Positions 18,993-30,413 are shown, numbered from the stretch's first letter. The stretch: DNA of 53,889 nucleotides from Verrucomicrobiota bacterium (GCA_049510745.1 JBEKYR010000037.1:1-53889); one strand, 5' to 3'. Numbers and translations: made by a program. Notes: generated from the sequence alone by a model not told the origin.

Positions 18993-21944
18993 ATGGCCAA
19001 GGACACCATCAGAATCGGCGGCGCGCGGCAGCATAATCTGAAGAACCTCAGCCTCTCGATCCCGCGGGACAAATTGGTGGTCATCACCGGGTTGAGCGGC
19101 TCGGGCAAGTCGTCGCTGGCCTTCGACACGATTTACGCCGAGGGCCAGCGCAAATATGTCGAGTCCCTCTCGGCCTACGCCCGGCAGTTCCTCGATCAAA
19201 TGGAGAAGCCGGAAGTCGATTATATCGAGGGGCTTTCCCCGGCGGTCGCCATCGAGCAGCGCGGAGCGGGGGCCAACCCGCGCTCCATCATTGCCACCAC
19301 CACGGAAATTTACGATTACCTCCGCCTCCTCTTCGCCAACGTCGGCCAGCCCCATTGCCCGGTCAGCGGCCAGCCCATTTCCCGCCAGACGACCAGCGAC
19401 ATCGTGGATAAAATCCTGGCGCTCCCGCTCAAAACGCGCGTCATGCTCCTGGCCCCGGTCGTCGTCCAGCAGAAGGGGGAGTTTCGCGATGTCATCGAGC
19501 GCCTGGCGCGGGAAGGTTTTGTCCGCGCCCGCGTCGATGGCGGGTTGGTGGAGTTGAGCAGCAACGTGCGCATCAGACTGGAGGCCAAACAGCGCCACAC
19601 GATCGAAGCCGTCGTGGATCGGCTGGTGATTGATGAGAAAATTCGCGTGCGCCTGGGCGACTCGGTCGAGACCGCCTTGAAGTGGGGAGACGGACGGCTC
19701 CTGGCGTTGTCGCAACCCGGCGAGAGCGCAGGCGTGGCGGGCGGGGTGTGGACCGAAACGCTCCATTCCAACCGGAATTACAGTCCGGCCACCGGCCAGA
19801 GCTATGATCCGCCGACGGCCAAGCATTTTTCGTTCAACTCGCCGCTGGGGGCGTGTCCGGTGTGCCACGGATTGGGGCAGAAGCTGGTTTTCGACGAGCA
19901 TTTGATCGTGCCGGACGCGGAAAAATCGTTGGAAAAGGGAGCGGTTCTGCCCTGGCGCCGCGGGGCCAAGCGGATGCTGGTCTATTACAAGGCGCTGCTG
20001 CGCGGGATGGCGGCGCATTACGGGCAAAATTTTGAGACACCGTGGAAGGATTTGCCCGGCGACTTCAGACAGAAGCTGCTGCTGGGCACGGGGGGAGAAG
20101 AGATCGAGTTCACATTCTGGCGGGCCGGCAAGGTGAGCAACGCGCGGAAGCCGTTTGAAGGCATCATCCCGAACCTCGAGCGCCTCTACGTCGAAACCGA
20201 AAGCGAGTTCACGAAAAACCGGCTGACCGGCTTCATGAACCCGCAGCCGTGCGACGCCTGCCAGGGCCGGCGGCTCAAGCCGGAAATCCTCGCCGTCACG
20301 CTCGGGACCGGGGCGCCGCGGCCGCCCTCCGCCATCGCCGGGCTATCCATCATGGACGTGTGCGCGCTCTCCATCGAGCGGGCGGACGGGTTTTTCGCGG
20401 AATTGAAGTTGACAGAATTCCAGGAAAAGATCGCGGGGGACCTGATCAGGGAAATCCGGGCGCGGCTGGGATTTCTCAAGAACGTGGGCCTGGGGTATCT
20501 GACGCTGGACCGGGAAAGCGGCACGCTCAGCGGCGGCGAAGCGCAGCGCATCCGGCTGGCGACGCAGATCGGGGCGGGGCTGGTGGGGGTGCTCTATATA
20601 CTTGACGAGCCGAGCATCGGCCTGCACCAGCGGGACAACGGGCGCCTGCTGCAATCGCTGGAGGGGTTGCGCGACCTGGGCAATTCGGTGCTGGTGGTGG
20701 AGCACGACGAAGAGACGATCCGGCGGGCCGATTACGTGCTGGACCTGGGCCCCGGCGCGGGGGTGCGCGGAGGCGAATTGGTGGCGGCCGGCCCGGTGTC
20801 GGAGATCGAGGCCGCGCCCCGGTCGCTGACGGGCCGCTATCTCAAGGGGGAGTTGAAAATCGCGATTCCGAAAACGCGGGTCAAACCGTCGCCCGAACGC
20901 GGCTGGCTGGAGGTGCTGGGGGCGGCGGAGAACAATTTGAAGAACATCGACGCGCGCATTCCCCTTGGGGCGTTGACCGCCATCACGGGCGTGAGCGGTT
21001 CGGGCAAGAGCACGCTGGTCGATGACACTTTGCGGCGCGCGTTGTTCCGCAAATTCTACGGTTCGAAGGAACAGCCGGGCAAACACCGCCAGTTGTGCGG
21101 CTTCGAAATGCTCGACAAAGTCATTGTCATCGACCAGACGCCCATCGGGCGCACCCCGCGCAGCAACCCGGCCACTTACACGGGAATGTTCAATCAAATC
21201 CGCGATCTATTCGCCAAGTTGCCGACGGCGAAGATCCGCGGTTACGAGGCGGGCCGGTTCAGTTTCAACGTCAAGGGCGGGCGGTGCGAAAAATGCCAGG
21301 GGGACGGCCTGATCAAGATCGAAATGCACTTTCTGCCGCCGATCTACGTCACCTGCGAGGCGTGCAATGGGCGCCGCTACAATCGCGAGACGCTGGAGAT
21401 TCATTTCAAAGGCATGAACATCGCCGACGTGCTTGACATGACGGTCGATGAAGCCGTGACCTTTTTCCGCGCCATCCCGAAGATTTACGAGCCGTGCCTG
21501 ACGCTGGCAGAGGTGGGTTTGGGCTATGTGCGGCTGGGGCAATCGGCCACCACGCTCAGCGGCGGCGAAGCCCAGCGCATCAAGCTGGCGTCGGAACTGA
21601 GCCGCAAAGCGACCGGGCACACGCTCTACATTTTGGACGAACCGACCACCGGCCTGCATTTTCACGACGTGGCCAAACTGCTGGACGTTCTCTTCAAGTT
21701 GCGCAACACCGGCAACACGGTCCTCATCATCGAGCACAACCTGGACGTGATAAAAACCGCCGATTGGGTCATTGACCTGGGGCCGGAAGGCGGCGCCGAG
21801 GGCGGACGGATCGTGGCCGAGGGACCGCCGGAAAAAATCGCCCGCGCCCCCGGCAGTTACACCGGCCAATACCTCCGCCGCATCCTGTTCCCGGAACCGT
21901 CCGCGGCGAAGGAGGCATCAAGTGCCACAAGCCCGGCGGTATAA
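18993..21944 (+). CDS. uvrA: excinuclease ABC subunit A
   Basis: 'GARQHNLKN', two Walker A motifs ([18 protein letters not shown]), 'LSGGEAQRI' twice, zinc fingers. Confidence 0.98.
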   Translation: MAKDTIRIGGARQHNLKNLSLSIPRDKLVVITGLSGSGKSSLAFDTIYAEGQRKYVESLSAYARQFLDQMEKPEVDYIEGLSPAVAIEQRGAGANPRSIIATTTEIYDYLRLLFANVGQPHCPVSGQPISRQTTSDIVDKILALPLKTRVMLLAPVVVQQKGEFRDVIERLAREGFVRARVDGGLVELSSNVRIRLEAKQRHTIEAVVDRLVIDEKIRVRLGDSVETALKWGDGRLLALSQPGESAGVAGGVWTETLHSNRNYSPATGQSYDPPTAKHFSFNSPLGACPVCHGLGQKLVFDEHLIVPDAEKSLEKGAVLPWRRGAKRMLVYYKALLRGMAAHYGQNFETPWKDLPGDFRQKLLLGTGGEEIEFTFWRAGKVSNARKPFEGIIPNLERLYVETESEFTKNRLTGFMNPQPCDACQGRRLKPEILAVTLGTGAPRPPSAIAGLSIMDVCALSIERADGFFAELKLTEFQEKIAGDLIREIRARLGFLKNVGLGYLTLDRESGTLSGGEAQRIRLATQIGAGLVGVLYILDEPSIGLHQRDNGRLLQSLEGLRDLGNSVLVVEHDEETIRRADYVLDLGPGAGVRGGELVAAGPVSEIEAAPRSLTGRYLKGELKIAIPKTRVKPSPERGWLEVLGAAENNLKNIDARIPLGALTAITGVSGSGKSTLVDDTLRRALFRKFYGSKEQPGKHRQLCGFEMLDKVIVIDQTPIGRTPRSNPATYTGMFNQIRDLFAKLPTAKIRGYEAGRFSFNVKGGRCEKCQGDGLIKIEMHFLPPIYVTCEACNGRRYNRETLEIHFKGMNIADVLDMTVDEAVTFFRAIPKIYEPCLTLAEVGLGYVRLGQSATTLSGGEAQRIKLASELSRKATGHTLYILDEPTTGLHFHDVAKLLDVLFKLRNTGNTVLIIEHNLDVIKTADWVIDLGPEGGAEGGRIVAEGPPEKIARAPGSYTGQYLRRILFPEPSAAKEASSATSPAV

Positions 21945-22016
21945 CAAGCCGGCGGTTTCCACCATCTTCATAGACGAAGCGCTGTGTCTGTGTTAAGGTT
22001 AGTCAACATCGAACGC

Positions 22017-22316
22017 ATGGTCACAATACTAGCGCCTTCGCCGTATAAGGAGTCCATAAAATCGGCGCTGGTTCAGCAGGGTTTCGTTTTGGTTCTGGCC
22101 GCCTGCATAATAGACGGTGGCGATATTTTCAAGATTTGTTTTATTGCGTTCATCGCGTTTTGGGTTGGCGTCTTCTTGGTTCGTCGGCGCCGTCCGCAGA
22201 CGCCGACGAAGCTCGATTTGATCTTCATTCGAGGCAGTTACCTGCCGCTTTGCGCCGTGACGTTCTTTCTGGTCCACTTCTTCTGGAGGTTGAGGGGCTT
22301 GCCCGGTCTCCTATGA
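22017..22316 (+). CDS. small hypothetical membrane protein
   Basis: about 99 aa with three hydrophobic stretches; lower GC than flanks; upstream GTG 21984 is possible. Confidence 0.55.
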   Translation: MVTILAPSPYKESIKSALVQQGFVLVLAACIIDGGDIFKICFIAFIAFWVGVFLVRRRRPQTPTKLDLIFIRGSYLPLCAVTFFLVHFFWRLRGLPGLL

Positions 22317-22423
22317 TGTTTTCGGACACATCGCTCCCGTCGTGGCGAGACTTTTGGTTCAATCCGAGGAACCGGGGCGAAACTGTTTGAGCGTTGGCGG
22401 GGGCGCGCTTATGCTGCGCGGGC

Positions 22424-24445
22424 ATGACGGATTCGGATCTTAAAAGCAGCCGCCAATGGCTCGCGGCCCTGGTGCTGGTGGCGGCGACTTTTCTGGCCTA
22501 TCAATCGGTCTGGCACGCCTCGTTTATTTGGGATGACAACTTCCTGGTGGTGGAGAATCCGCTGATTCACCAGTCTGACGGCTGGTGGCGTGTCTGGCGC
22601 GAGAAATGCGTCGATTACGTCCCGGCCGTCTCGACGGTTTGGTGGGTGGAATGGCGCCTCTGGGGAGGGACCCCGGCGCCTTACCACTTGGTGACGCTGG
22701 CGCTGCACGCCGGCAACAGTGTTCTGCTCTGGCGCGCGCTCAGACGCCTGGGGATTCGCGGGGCCTGGCTCGGCGCGGCCCTTTTCGCGCTGCATCCGGT
22801 CAACGTGGAGTCGGTCGCGTGGGTGGCGGAACAGAAGAACACGATGGCGATGGGGTTCTTTCTGGGGGCGATTTTGTTTTACTTGAGATTCGAGGACACG
22901 GGAGAGCGGCGCTGGTACGGAATGGCGGCGGGGGCGTTTCTGCTGGCCCTGGCCTGCAAGACGGCCGTGACGCCTTTGCCCGTGGTTTTGCTGGGGCTGG
23001 CCTGGTGGCGGCGGGGGCGTGTGACGGGCGCGGACCTGGCGCGCTCGGCGTTGTTCTTCGCGGCGGCGGGGCTGGGGGCCGTGCTGGCCTTGTGGATTCA
23101 GCGCGGCGGCCCCAGCCTGGCGTCGGTCGCCCATCGCGGTCTGGCCGAGCGGCTGGCGGGAGCGGGATGGGCGGTCTGGTTTTACCTTTACAAAATCGTG
23201 TTGCCGGCGCCGCTGTTGTCCGTTTACCCGAAGTGGCACATTGATCCGTTGCTTCCGCTTTCCTACGTGCCCGCGCTGCTGATCGCGCTGGTGTTTGCCA
23301 TCGGCTGGCGTTATCGCCAGAGGTGGGGAAAGGCCTTGTTGTTCGGCTTGGGCTATTTTGTATTGATGCTCTCGCCGGTGTTGGGTTTCTTCGACATCTC
23401 CTTTATGCACGACGCCTGGGTGGCGGATCGCTGGCAATACTTTGCGCTGCCCGGCCCGCTGGCCTTGGCGGCGGCGGCGGTGGAGTCGCTGCCGCGGCGG
23501 CGGGCCGTTGTCGTGGCCGCAGCGGCGCTGGCGGCCTGCGCCGTTCTGACGTGGCGCCTGGCGCGCATTTACGAAGGGTCCGGGACATTCTGGGGCGCTT
23601 TCGCGCAGGCCAACAAGCCGGCAATGGAGGAGTACAACCGGGGCTGCGCGCTGGCGGACAGCGGCCGGGATGACGAGGCTTTGCCGTGTTTTCGCCGAGC
23701 CATTGAGCGCCAGCCCGCGTTCGGCCTGGCGTACGACAGAGCGGGCGAAATCCTGTTGCGTCGGGGACAGATTGAGGAAGCCTTGACGGATTTGCGCGAG
23801 GCGGCGGAGTTGCGGCCGGACCGCGGCCAGCCCCAGTACGACCTGGGGCTGGCCCTCCTGGCCAAAGGCCGCGCGGGCGAGGCGCTCGATGCCCTGGAGC
23901 GCGCGGCCCGGATCGAAACCAACAACCCGCTCTTCCAGCGTGAGATGGGGACCGTGCTTTTGCAAAATCGCCTGGCGGACGACGCGGTGTTTTACCTGCG
24001 CCGGGCGGTGGCGCTGGCCGCGACCGACGTCGGGGCGCGCCATGATCTGGCCTGCGCGCTGGAGCTGGCCGGCCGCCCGCGCGAAGCGATCAGTCAGTAC
24101 GAAAAAGCGCTGGAGTTGCGGCCCGACTTTCCGCGGGCGGCCAACAACCTGGCCTGGATTCTGGCGACCGCCCCCGACGGGTCGCTGCGGGACGGGCGCA
24201 AGGCCCTGGCCCTGGCCCGGGGCCTCGGCCCCGAGGCGGAGGGCAACGCGGTCATGCTCGGCACCCTGGCCGCCGCCTGCGCGGAGACGGGCCAATTCGC
24301 CGAAGCCGTCGCGACGGTGCGGCGGGCGCGGCAATTGGCGTTTTCGCAGTCAAATCAATCGCTGGCGGCCAGACTCGAGGCCCAGGAGCGTCAATACGAG
24401 AAAGGCGAGCCGTTTCGGGACGCGTCGTCCGCGCCGGGAAAGTGA
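22424..24445 (+). CDS. TMTC-like (GT-C) glycosyltransferase with TPR repeats
   Basis: 'FIWDDN...ENP', 'YHLVTL.LH', 'LFALHPVNVESVAWV.E.K', 'VADRWQY', C-terminal TPRs ('NNLAWILAT'). Confidence 0.85.
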   Translation: MTDSDLKSSRQWLAALVLVAATFLAYQSVWHASFIWDDNFLVVENPLIHQSDGWWRVWREKCVDYVPAVSTVWWVEWRLWGGTPAPYHLVTLALHAGNSVLLWRALRRLGIRGAWLGAALFALHPVNVESVAWVAEQKNTMAMGFFLGAILFYLRFEDTGERRWYGMAAGAFLLALACKTAVTPLPVVLLGLAWWRRGRVTGADLARSALFFAAAGLGAVLALWIQRGGPSLASVAHRGLAERLAGAGWAVWFYLYKIVLPAPLLSVYPKWHIDPLLPLSYVPALLIALVFAIGWRYRQRWGKALLFGLGYFVLMLSPVLGFFDISFMHDAWVADRWQYFALPGPLALAAAAVESLPRRRAVVVAAAALAACAVLTWRLARIYEGSGTFWGAFAQANKPAMEEYNRGCALADSGRDDEALPCFRRAIERQPAFGLAYDRAGEILLRRGQIEEALTDLREAAELRPDRGQPQYDLGLALLAKGRAGEALDALERAARIETNNPLFQREMGTVLLQNRLADDAVFYLRRAVALAATDVGARHDLACALELAGRPREAISQYEKALELRPDFPRAANNLAWILATAPDGSLRDGRKALALARGLGPEAEGNAVMLGTLAAACAETGQFAEAVATVRRARQLAFSQSNQSLAARLEAQERQYEKGEPFRDASSAPGK

Positions 24446-24517
24446 AACGCACCCCCGGAGGAGGCCGCGGCGAAATTGGCATCGACCGCCGCGAAGCCGC
24501 TGGTTTAGAATGCCGCC

Positions 24518-25003
24518 ATGCCGTCATTTGACATAGTTTCGCAGGTCAGTTCGATGGAGATCGAAAACGCCGTCAACCAGGCGAGGAAAGAACTGGCCAG
24601 CCGGTTTGATTTCAAAGGGAGCAACGCCGAAATCGTGCTGGAAAAGAACGAAATCAAACTGGCCGCCGCCGACCAGTTCAAAATCAACGCCCTCCATGAG
24701 ATCGTCATCAACAAACTGGCCAAGCGCCAGATCAGTTTGAAAAGCGTCGAGTCGCTGCCGCCCGAGATTTCGCCGCTGGGCCACTCCCGGCAGGTGGTCA
24801 AGATCAAGCAGGGCATCGAACAGGCCGTGGCCAAGCAAATCAGCGCGTTCATTCGCGAGGCCAAATTCAAAGTCACCACCCAAATCCAGGGGGACGCCAT
24901 CCGGGTCTCCGGCAAAAGCCGGGACGATTTGCAGGCGGTGATTGCGGCGGTGCGGGGCCGGGAGTTTCCGGCGGCGTTGAGTTTTCAAAATTTTCGCGAT
25001 TGA
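24518..25003 (+). CDS. yajQ: YajQ family cyclic-di-GMP/nucleotide-binding protein
   Basis: 'MPSFDIVS', 'RFDFKGS', 'QIQGD.IRVSGKSRDDLQ', 'FQNFRD'. Confidence 0.95.
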   Translation: MPSFDIVSQVSSMEIENAVNQARKELASRFDFKGSNAEIVLEKNEIKLAAADQFKINALHEIVINKLAKRQISLKSVESLPPEISPLGHSRQVVKIKQGIEQAVAKQISAFIREAKFKVTTQIQGDAIRVSGKSRDDLQAVIAAVRGREFPAALSFQNFRD

Positions 25004-25004
25004 G

Positions 25005-27020
25005 ATGACCTCGCAACGTCGCGCGGCCCGCCGGGGCCTTTGGCTGCTGGCGGCCTGGCTTTGGGCTTCCAGCGCCTCGGCTGGACCGGGGACGATTTAT
25101 GTGGCGCCTTTCGGCAACGACCGTTGGTCCGGCCGGCAACCCTGGGCCAACCAGAGCCAAACCGACGGCCCCCTGGCCACGCTGCCGCAAGCCCTGGAAA
25201 AATCCCGCGCCGCGCACGCGGCTGCGCCGGGGGCGCAAATCCGGATCGTGCTGCGCGGCGGCACGTATGAGCTGTCCGAGCCGCTGGTTTTCACGCCGGA
25301 AGACTCCGGGCTGGTGGTGGCGGCCTGGCGCCGCGAAACGCCCGTCCTCAGCGGCGAAAGGCCAATCACCGGCTGGCGCCCTTCTCGCGTCAATCCTAAT
25401 TTATGGCAGGCCGAGGCGCCCGGAGCGCGCGACGGCGCGTGGATTTTTCGCGAACTTTTCGTCAACGGCCGCCGCGCCCGGCGCACGCGCCTTCCGGCGG
25501 CCGGCTTTTATCGCATCGCCGGCGGGGTGCAGGATCGGCCCGTCCAGTTGCAGTTTCATGCGGGTGATGTCAGGCCGGAATGGGCCGGGCCGGGCGACGT
25601 CGAGTTGGTGACGCTGCAAGCCTGGGCGCAGACGCGGAATCAGATTCGCGAGGTGGTGGAAGCGTCAAATCTCGTTTCCCTGGCGGGGGACGCGCTGGCC
25701 AATAATTCTGAGGCGAACGCCCGTTTTTACATCGAGAACGCCCCCGTCGCGCTCCAGCCCGGGCAATGGCGTTTGGAGCGGCGGACGGGGGTTGTGACCT
25801 ATTGGCCCGAGGCGGGCGAAGACGTGCCGCGCGCCCGGATCACGGCGCCGGGCCTCTACGATCTGGCGCGGCTGGAAGGGCGCGAAGACCGTCCGGTGCA
25901 TGACGTGGTTTTTCGCGGCTTGGTTTTTGCCGGCGCCGACTGGCGGTTGGTGGGGGGCAGCGACGTGGACATCCAGGCCGCCGTGGAAGTCCCGGCCGCT
26001 TTCCAAGCCGAATGGGCGCAACATTGCGCTGTGGAACAATGCCGCTTCACGCGCCTGGGGGGATACGCCGTCGATTTCGGACACGGCTGCCAAAGCAACA
26101 AAGTGATCGGCTGCGAGATGTTCGATTTGGGGGGCGGCGGCGTGCGGTTGGGCGAGAGCGACGCCGGCAGCGCGGGCGCAGCGCCCAATTTTGGCAACGT
26201 CATTTCGGACAATCACATTCACGACATCGGGCTGGTCAATGCGCCGGCGGTCGGGGTGCTGGTGCTGTTGAGTGCCTCCAATCTGGTGGCGCACAACGAA
26301 ATCGACCACACCTACTACACGACCATATCGGTGGGATGGTCCTGGGGCTACGCGGACAATCCGTGCCGGGGCAACATCATTGAATGGAATCACCTCCACG
26401 ATTACGGCCAGGGGATGCTCAGCGACATGGGAGGCGTCTATACGCTTGGAGTCCAGCCGGGGACGGTGGTGCGCCAGAATCTCATCCACGATGTCAACGT
26501 CTCCGTGTATGGCGGCTGGGGGCTATACACAGACGAAGGCAGTTCAGGCATCGTGCTGGAAAGCAACATTGTGTATCATTGCCAGAGCGCCGGGATGCAT
26601 CAGCATTACGGGCAGAGCAACGTTTTTTACAACAACATCTTCGCGCTGAATCGGGAGAGCCAGTTGGCGCGCACGCGGGTGGAGCCGCACCTGTCGTTTT
26701 TCTTCACGAACAACGTCGTCTATTTCGATTCGGGAAGGGCTTTTGGCGGAAACTGGACAGGGCAGGGGATGGACATCGACCACAACCTTTATTTTGACAC
26801 CCGCGCCGGTCCGTCGCATCCGCCGCTGGATGGGGTGGTCAAATTCGACGACTGGCAGCGGGCGGGCCACGATGTCCACTCCGCGTTTTTTGACCCGCAG
26901 TTCGCCGCGCCGGCGCGGGGGGATTTCCGCCTGCGCCCCGGCTCACCGGCCCTGCGATTCGGATTCCATCCGCTGGATTTGCGGGAGGCAGGCCCGCGCC
27001 GGAGGCCGGCCCGGCCTTGA
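25005..27020 (+). CDS. secreted right-handed parallel beta-helix protein (GH141-like)
   Basis: signal peptide, 'YVAP.GND.WSG', 'DGPLATL', 'LRGGTY', 'LFVNG.R', 'LSDMGGVYTLG', 'YTDEGSS'. Confidence 0.8.
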   Translation: MTSQRRAARRGLWLLAAWLWASSASAGPGTIYVAPFGNDRWSGRQPWANQSQTDGPLATLPQALEKSRAAHAAAPGAQIRIVLRGGTYELSEPLVFTPEDSGLVVAAWRRETPVLSGERPITGWRPSRVNPNLWQAEAPGARDGAWIFRELFVNGRRARRTRLPAAGFYRIAGGVQDRPVQLQFHAGDVRPEWAGPGDVELVTLQAWAQTRNQIREVVEASNLVSLAGDALANNSEANARFYIENAPVALQPGQWRLERRTGVVTYWPEAGEDVPRARITAPGLYDLARLEGREDRPVHDVVFRGLVFAGADWRLVGGSDVDIQAAVEVPAAFQAEWAQHCAVEQCRFTRLGGYAVDFGHGCQSNKVIGCEMFDLGGGGVRLGESDAGSAGAAPNFGNVISDNHIHDIGLVNAPAVGVLVLLSASNLVAHNEIDHTYYTTISVGWSWGYADNPCRGNIIEWNHLHDYGQGMLSDMGGVYTLGVQPGTVVRQNLIHDVNVSVYGGWGLYTDEGSSGIVLESNIVYHCQSAGMHQHYGQSNVFYNNIFALNRESQLARTRVEPHLSFFFTNNVVYFDSGRAFGGNWTGQGMDIDHNLYFDTRAGPSHPPLDGVVKFDDWQRAGHDVHSAFFDPQFAAPARGDFRLRPGSPALRFGFHPLDLREAGPRRRPARP

Positions 27021-27088
27021 AAGTCGCGCCGCACTTTGTCAGTTTCGTGCTTGACGTGGGCGGCGGCGATGGTTGCATAGTGGCCGAC

Positions 27089-27481
27089 ATGAAGATTAAA
27101 GTACTTTTTCCGCTGTTGTTTTCGACCGTTTTGGTTTTGGCGTCCGGTTGCGTGGGGACGACCGACGGACACTCCACCGCCGGGATCCCGTTTGTGAGGG
27201 ACACGTATGTGGACCGCTTTGAAAGGCCCGTGGCGCAAATCGCCGCGGCCACGCGGGTGGTGCTCAACCGGAACGGGAAACTGCTGGTCGATAATTCAGT
27301 CAATAATACGTTTGAGGCCAAGGTCAACGAGCGCAAGGTCTGGGTCAAAGTGTCCGACGTGGACGGGAAGGTCAGCCAGATTTCCGTCCAGGTGCGGGGA
27401 TCCTTCGCAGGGGATTTGACCGAAGCGCACCAACTGTGCGAGCAAATCGCGCTGCAATTGATGGCCGGCCAGGGGCAGTAG
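27089..27481 (+). CDS. lipoprotein (DUF3568-like)
   Basis: lipobox 'LASGC' after a hydrophobic signal starting at ATG 27089. Confidence 0.7.
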   Translation: MKIKVLFPLLFSTVLVLASGCVGTTDGHSTAGIPFVRDTYVDRFERPVAQIAAATRVVLNRNGKLLVDNSVNNTFEAKVNERKVWVKVSDVDGKVSQISVQVRGSFAGDLTEAHQLCEQIALQLMAGQGQ

Positions 27482-27486
27482 GGCGG

Positions 27487-28269
27487 TCAGTTTTGCGGGG
27501 CGAGAATGGCCGCCGGCAGCCAGCCGATCCATTGGCTGGGCAGGCGCCGGTCCAAGGTGCCGGGAACCATTGACTGGCTGGCGGCGTGGCCGTCGCAAAA
27601 AACGGCGTTGGCGCGCCGGTCATGGCGGAATTGGCCGTTCGGCTCCGTGGGGTCGTCGTTGATGTAATACCATTCCTCGAACATCGGATTGTTGACTGAG
27701 GCGGGCGGCTCGAACGTGTTGACCTGGGCGGCGTCGGCCAGCAGCGCCAGGCTGGCCGGTTGGCGGACGGTTTTCATGTTCAGCGGGGGCCGGTTGGGGG
27801 GCGAGAGGAACCAGTTGTATCCGTAATCGCAGGTCGGCGTCGAAGCCTTCAATTTGAATTGCAGCGAGGCGTAGTCGAAAGAAGGGCATAAATCCACTCC
27901 GCTTCCCATGTAAGGGTAGAGGGCGCCGAAGGACGGGTCGAACGCGCGTGTTTCCTCCGGCCCGGCTCCGATCCAGCCAAACCAATAGACGGCGCCGTTG
28001 CTCAGCGACGCCCCGCCGTACGAAAAGGTCCGCCCATTGTTGTCCTCCCAATACATCTGCGCCGAGAAACAGAACTGGCGCAAATTGCTGGCGCATTTGA
28101 CCGATCGCGCCGGGCCTTTGCTCCGGCTCAAGACGGGCAGCAACAACGCGGCCAGAAGCGCGACAATCGCGATGACCACCAGCAACTCGATCAGCGTAAA
28201 CCCTTCCGGCTTCCGGTCGCAGACCCGCGTTCGGCAGCGGGGGCAGATTTTTTGTTCCGGTTCAGTCAT
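27487..28269 (-). CDS. prepilin-type N-methylation protein with H-X9-DG domain
   Basis: '[23 protein letters not shown]', 'C.SNLRQ', '[12 protein letters not shown]'. Confidence 0.9.
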   Translation of the reverse strand: MTEPEQKICPRCRTRVCDRKPEGFTLIELLVVIAIVALLAALLLPVLSRSKGPARSVKCASNLRQFCFSAQMYWEDNNGRTFSYGGASLSNGAVYWFGWIGAGPEETRAFDPSFGALYPYMGSGVDLCPSFDYASLQFKLKASTPTCDYGYNWFLSPPNRPPLNMKTVRQPASLALLADAAQVNTFEPPASVNNPMFEEWYYINDDPTEPNGQFRHDRRANAVFCDGHAASQSMVPGTLDRRLPSQWIGWLPAAILAPQN

Positions 28270-28279
28270 GGCGGCATCG

Positions 28280-29953
28280 TCAGTTTCGTTGGGCGCTGAC
28301 GCGGTAGAACTGCCATCGCGCCACTGTGTTGGTGTCCTGCCACGCCAGATTCCCCCCTGTTCCCGCCAGGCCGGAAACCGCCGACGACCATGAGTTCAAA
28401 TCCGCGCTGCGCTGCACCGTGTAGGTCCAATTCGTCCGACTCAGGAACCAGCCCTGCCAGAAACCGTTGCTGAAAGCGCCGGCGAAAAACTGCGCGGGCG
28501 GCGGCGGAAACGTCAATACAATATTCCCCACCGTGCCGGACGCCAGGAGCGAGGCGCCGGCGTAATTGGTGTCCTGGCCCGCCCCGGAATAACTCATGAC
28601 CGCGAAAGTGTCGGCGCGGAAGTCGCCAAAGGCCGGCGCCAGCGGCACCGGGTCGATCGCCCCGATGGGCGCGTTGTTGGCGGTGATGGTCGTGAAGAGC
28701 GTCTGGTTGCTGGAGGCGTAAGTCATCGTCACGCGCAGGGTCACGCCCGTGGGGAGGCTCAAGAGCGTGTAGTCGGAACGCCCGTTCCAGTTGGGCGCGC
28801 TGTTGGTGCCGCACACAAAGGGCCAGACCGTGGCGTCGTTGCCCGGGAAGTAGGTGAGTTCGACAATGTCCGGCACCAGCGCGTCGCCGCCGCGAATGTA
28901 ATCCGGCTGCGTCGCCGCCCACTGGTTTTGAAAGCCGGCGGCCATCTCGAAGCCGTAGGGCAGGGCCGGATCGATCCCCGGCTCCACATCCGTCAAATAT
29001 AAATCAAACGACATGGAAAAGTCGTCGCTTTTCCCCACGATCGTTTGCAGCGGGTGAAAGAAATAGCTGTTGGGCCTGGAGGTGTCCCAGGTCACTTTCA
29101 GGTCCTGGCCGGCTGGGTCCCAGACAAACAAATTGGTGTCGCCAAAGATTCCCCAGCCATCCGCCGCCGGGTCGTGGACAAAGTCCTCGACGAGGACCCG
29201 TTGCCCGGTAGTATTCGTCACCGCCGCGATTCCCGCCACTTGCGCCCGTCCGCTCAACACATCGACCCGCACATAACGAATATCATACAAGGAAACAGGA
29301 TTTCCATTGGTGTCCTGGGCCCAGGCAATGGCGAAGCTGGCGCCGCCCGCCGCGCCCTGATACAGGGCGGCAACCCCCGCCAGCGTGGCCCCGGCGAAAT
29401 TGGACGGCGCCAGACCCGGGTCCACCGGCAACTGAAAATTGCCCGAGGCGTCGGTCGGAAACAAATAATTGACTGTCGGCGCCAGGGCCGGATTGAGGGT
29501 GTAAAACGCCGCCCCATCGCGGCTGACCGACACCCGGGTCTGGCCGCCGTCGTTGATGACCTGGCCGGAGGTCGCCCAGAGGCTGGGCGCGGCGGAAAAG
29601 TTGGTCACGTCAAAAAAGGAATTGCCAAAGATGATGAAGTCGCGTCCGAACGCGTTGCCCGGCTCCTGGACAACCGGCGGGTCGAACTGCACCGTCAGCC
29701 ATCCGCCCGCCCCGATCGAGAGGATTTGGTTCGTTTGCCACGCCGGGTCGAAAGGATCGACCGCGTCGCCGTAGGAATCCGCAGCCGAGGGCGGTCCGAG
29801 GACGGCGGAGGTGTTGGTGTAACCGGGGGCAAAGCCGGCGCCGGGATTGTAACTGACGACTGCGCCGGCGAAGGGGCCGCCGCGGGCGGTGGCGGCGTGG
29901 GAGACGAGGAGCGCGCCGGCCGCGGCCAGCGACAACAATAATTGATTCCGCAT
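28280..29953 (-). CDS. secreted cell-surface protein with BtuH-like N-terminal domain, probably B12-binding
   Basis: signal peptide [13 protein letters not shown]; 'VVSYNPG', '[13 protein letters not shown]', 'DFIIFGNSF', '[22 protein letters not shown]'; C-terminal 'YTVQRS.DL..W...DTN....FYRV'; lies downstream of a B12 riboswitch. Confidence 0.7.
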   Translation of the reverse strand: MRNQLLLSLAAAGALLVSHAATARGGPFAGAVVSYNPGAGFAPGYTNTSAVLGPPSAADSYGDAVDPFDPAWQTNQILSIGAGGWLTVQFDPPVVQEPGNAFGRDFIIFGNSFFDVTNFSAAPSLWATSGQVINDGGQTRVSVSRDGAAFYTLNPALAPTVNYLFPTDASGNFQLPVDPGLAPSNFAGATLAGVAALYQGAAGGASFAIAWAQDTNGNPVSLYDIRYVRVDVLSGRAQVAGIAAVTNTTGQRVLVEDFVHDPAADGWGIFGDTNLFVWDPAGQDLKVTWDTSRPNSYFFHPLQTIVGKSDDFSMSFDLYLTDVEPGIDPALPYGFEMAAGFQNQWAATQPDYIRGGDALVPDIVELTYFPGNDATVWPFVCGTNSAPNWNGRSDYTLLSLPTGVTLRVTMTYASSNQTLFTTITANNAPIGAIDPVPLAPAFGDFRADTFAVMSYSGAGQDTNYAGASLLASGTVGNIVLTFPPPPAQFFAGAFSNGFWQGWFLSRTNWTYTVQRSADLNSWSSAVSGLAGTGGNLAWQDTNTVARWQFYRVSAQRN

Positions 29954-30141
29954 AACTGATCTTTCAACGGGTCGATTGCGATTGAGAGACCAGTGCGAAG
30001 CCTGAAGACGAAAAAGCCTCCAGACTCCGGCAAAACCGAGAATGAAGGCATTCAAAGAATCCGCTGAAAAACCGTTGCAGCGGACTGGCCTCATCCTTCT
30101 CTTTGTCGGAGAAGTGGCCCCGCGCGGCGGGACCGGACGAG

Positions 30142-30292
30142 CGTAACCGCGCTGATGTCCTGACTTCCGGGTTTCCGACCTCGCTCCCGCCTTCCCGATT
30201 CACGAATTTGAACCAGTGGCCATGGGAGTTTGTAACCCGTCACAGTGGCGCAACCGTCCTCGATTCTCACGAGGTTCCCAGCGTTGATTACG
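30142..30292 (-). ncRNA. cobalamin (B12) riboswitch
   Basis: minus strand reads GGGAA-CCTCGTGAGAATCGAGG-ACGGTTGCGCCACTGT ... GCCACTG ... GGGAAGG ... AAGTCAGGA; closing stem CGTAATCAACGCTG/CAGCGCGGTTACG. Confidence 0.92.
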
Positions 30293-30384
30293 TTTGGATG
30301 GAAAACCATCCTCTAACTTTCAAAGAACGCACAACACCTATTCCTTTCCCTGGCCGGACGCAAGGAGAATCGTTCACTGATTCA

Positions 30385-30413
30385 TTGATTCGCCGATTCT
30401 CTTTGCGTATGTT
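30385..30413 (+). promoter_or_regulatory. sigma70 promoter for thiH (leaderless geometry)
   Basis: TTGATT, 17 nt, TATGTT, then 6 nt to GTG 30420. Confidence 0.6.

Noticed and set aside
21990..22380. Integron cassette (GTTAGTC before the small membrane gene)
   Set aside because: No matching RYYYAAC/attC hairpin after the gene and no integrase
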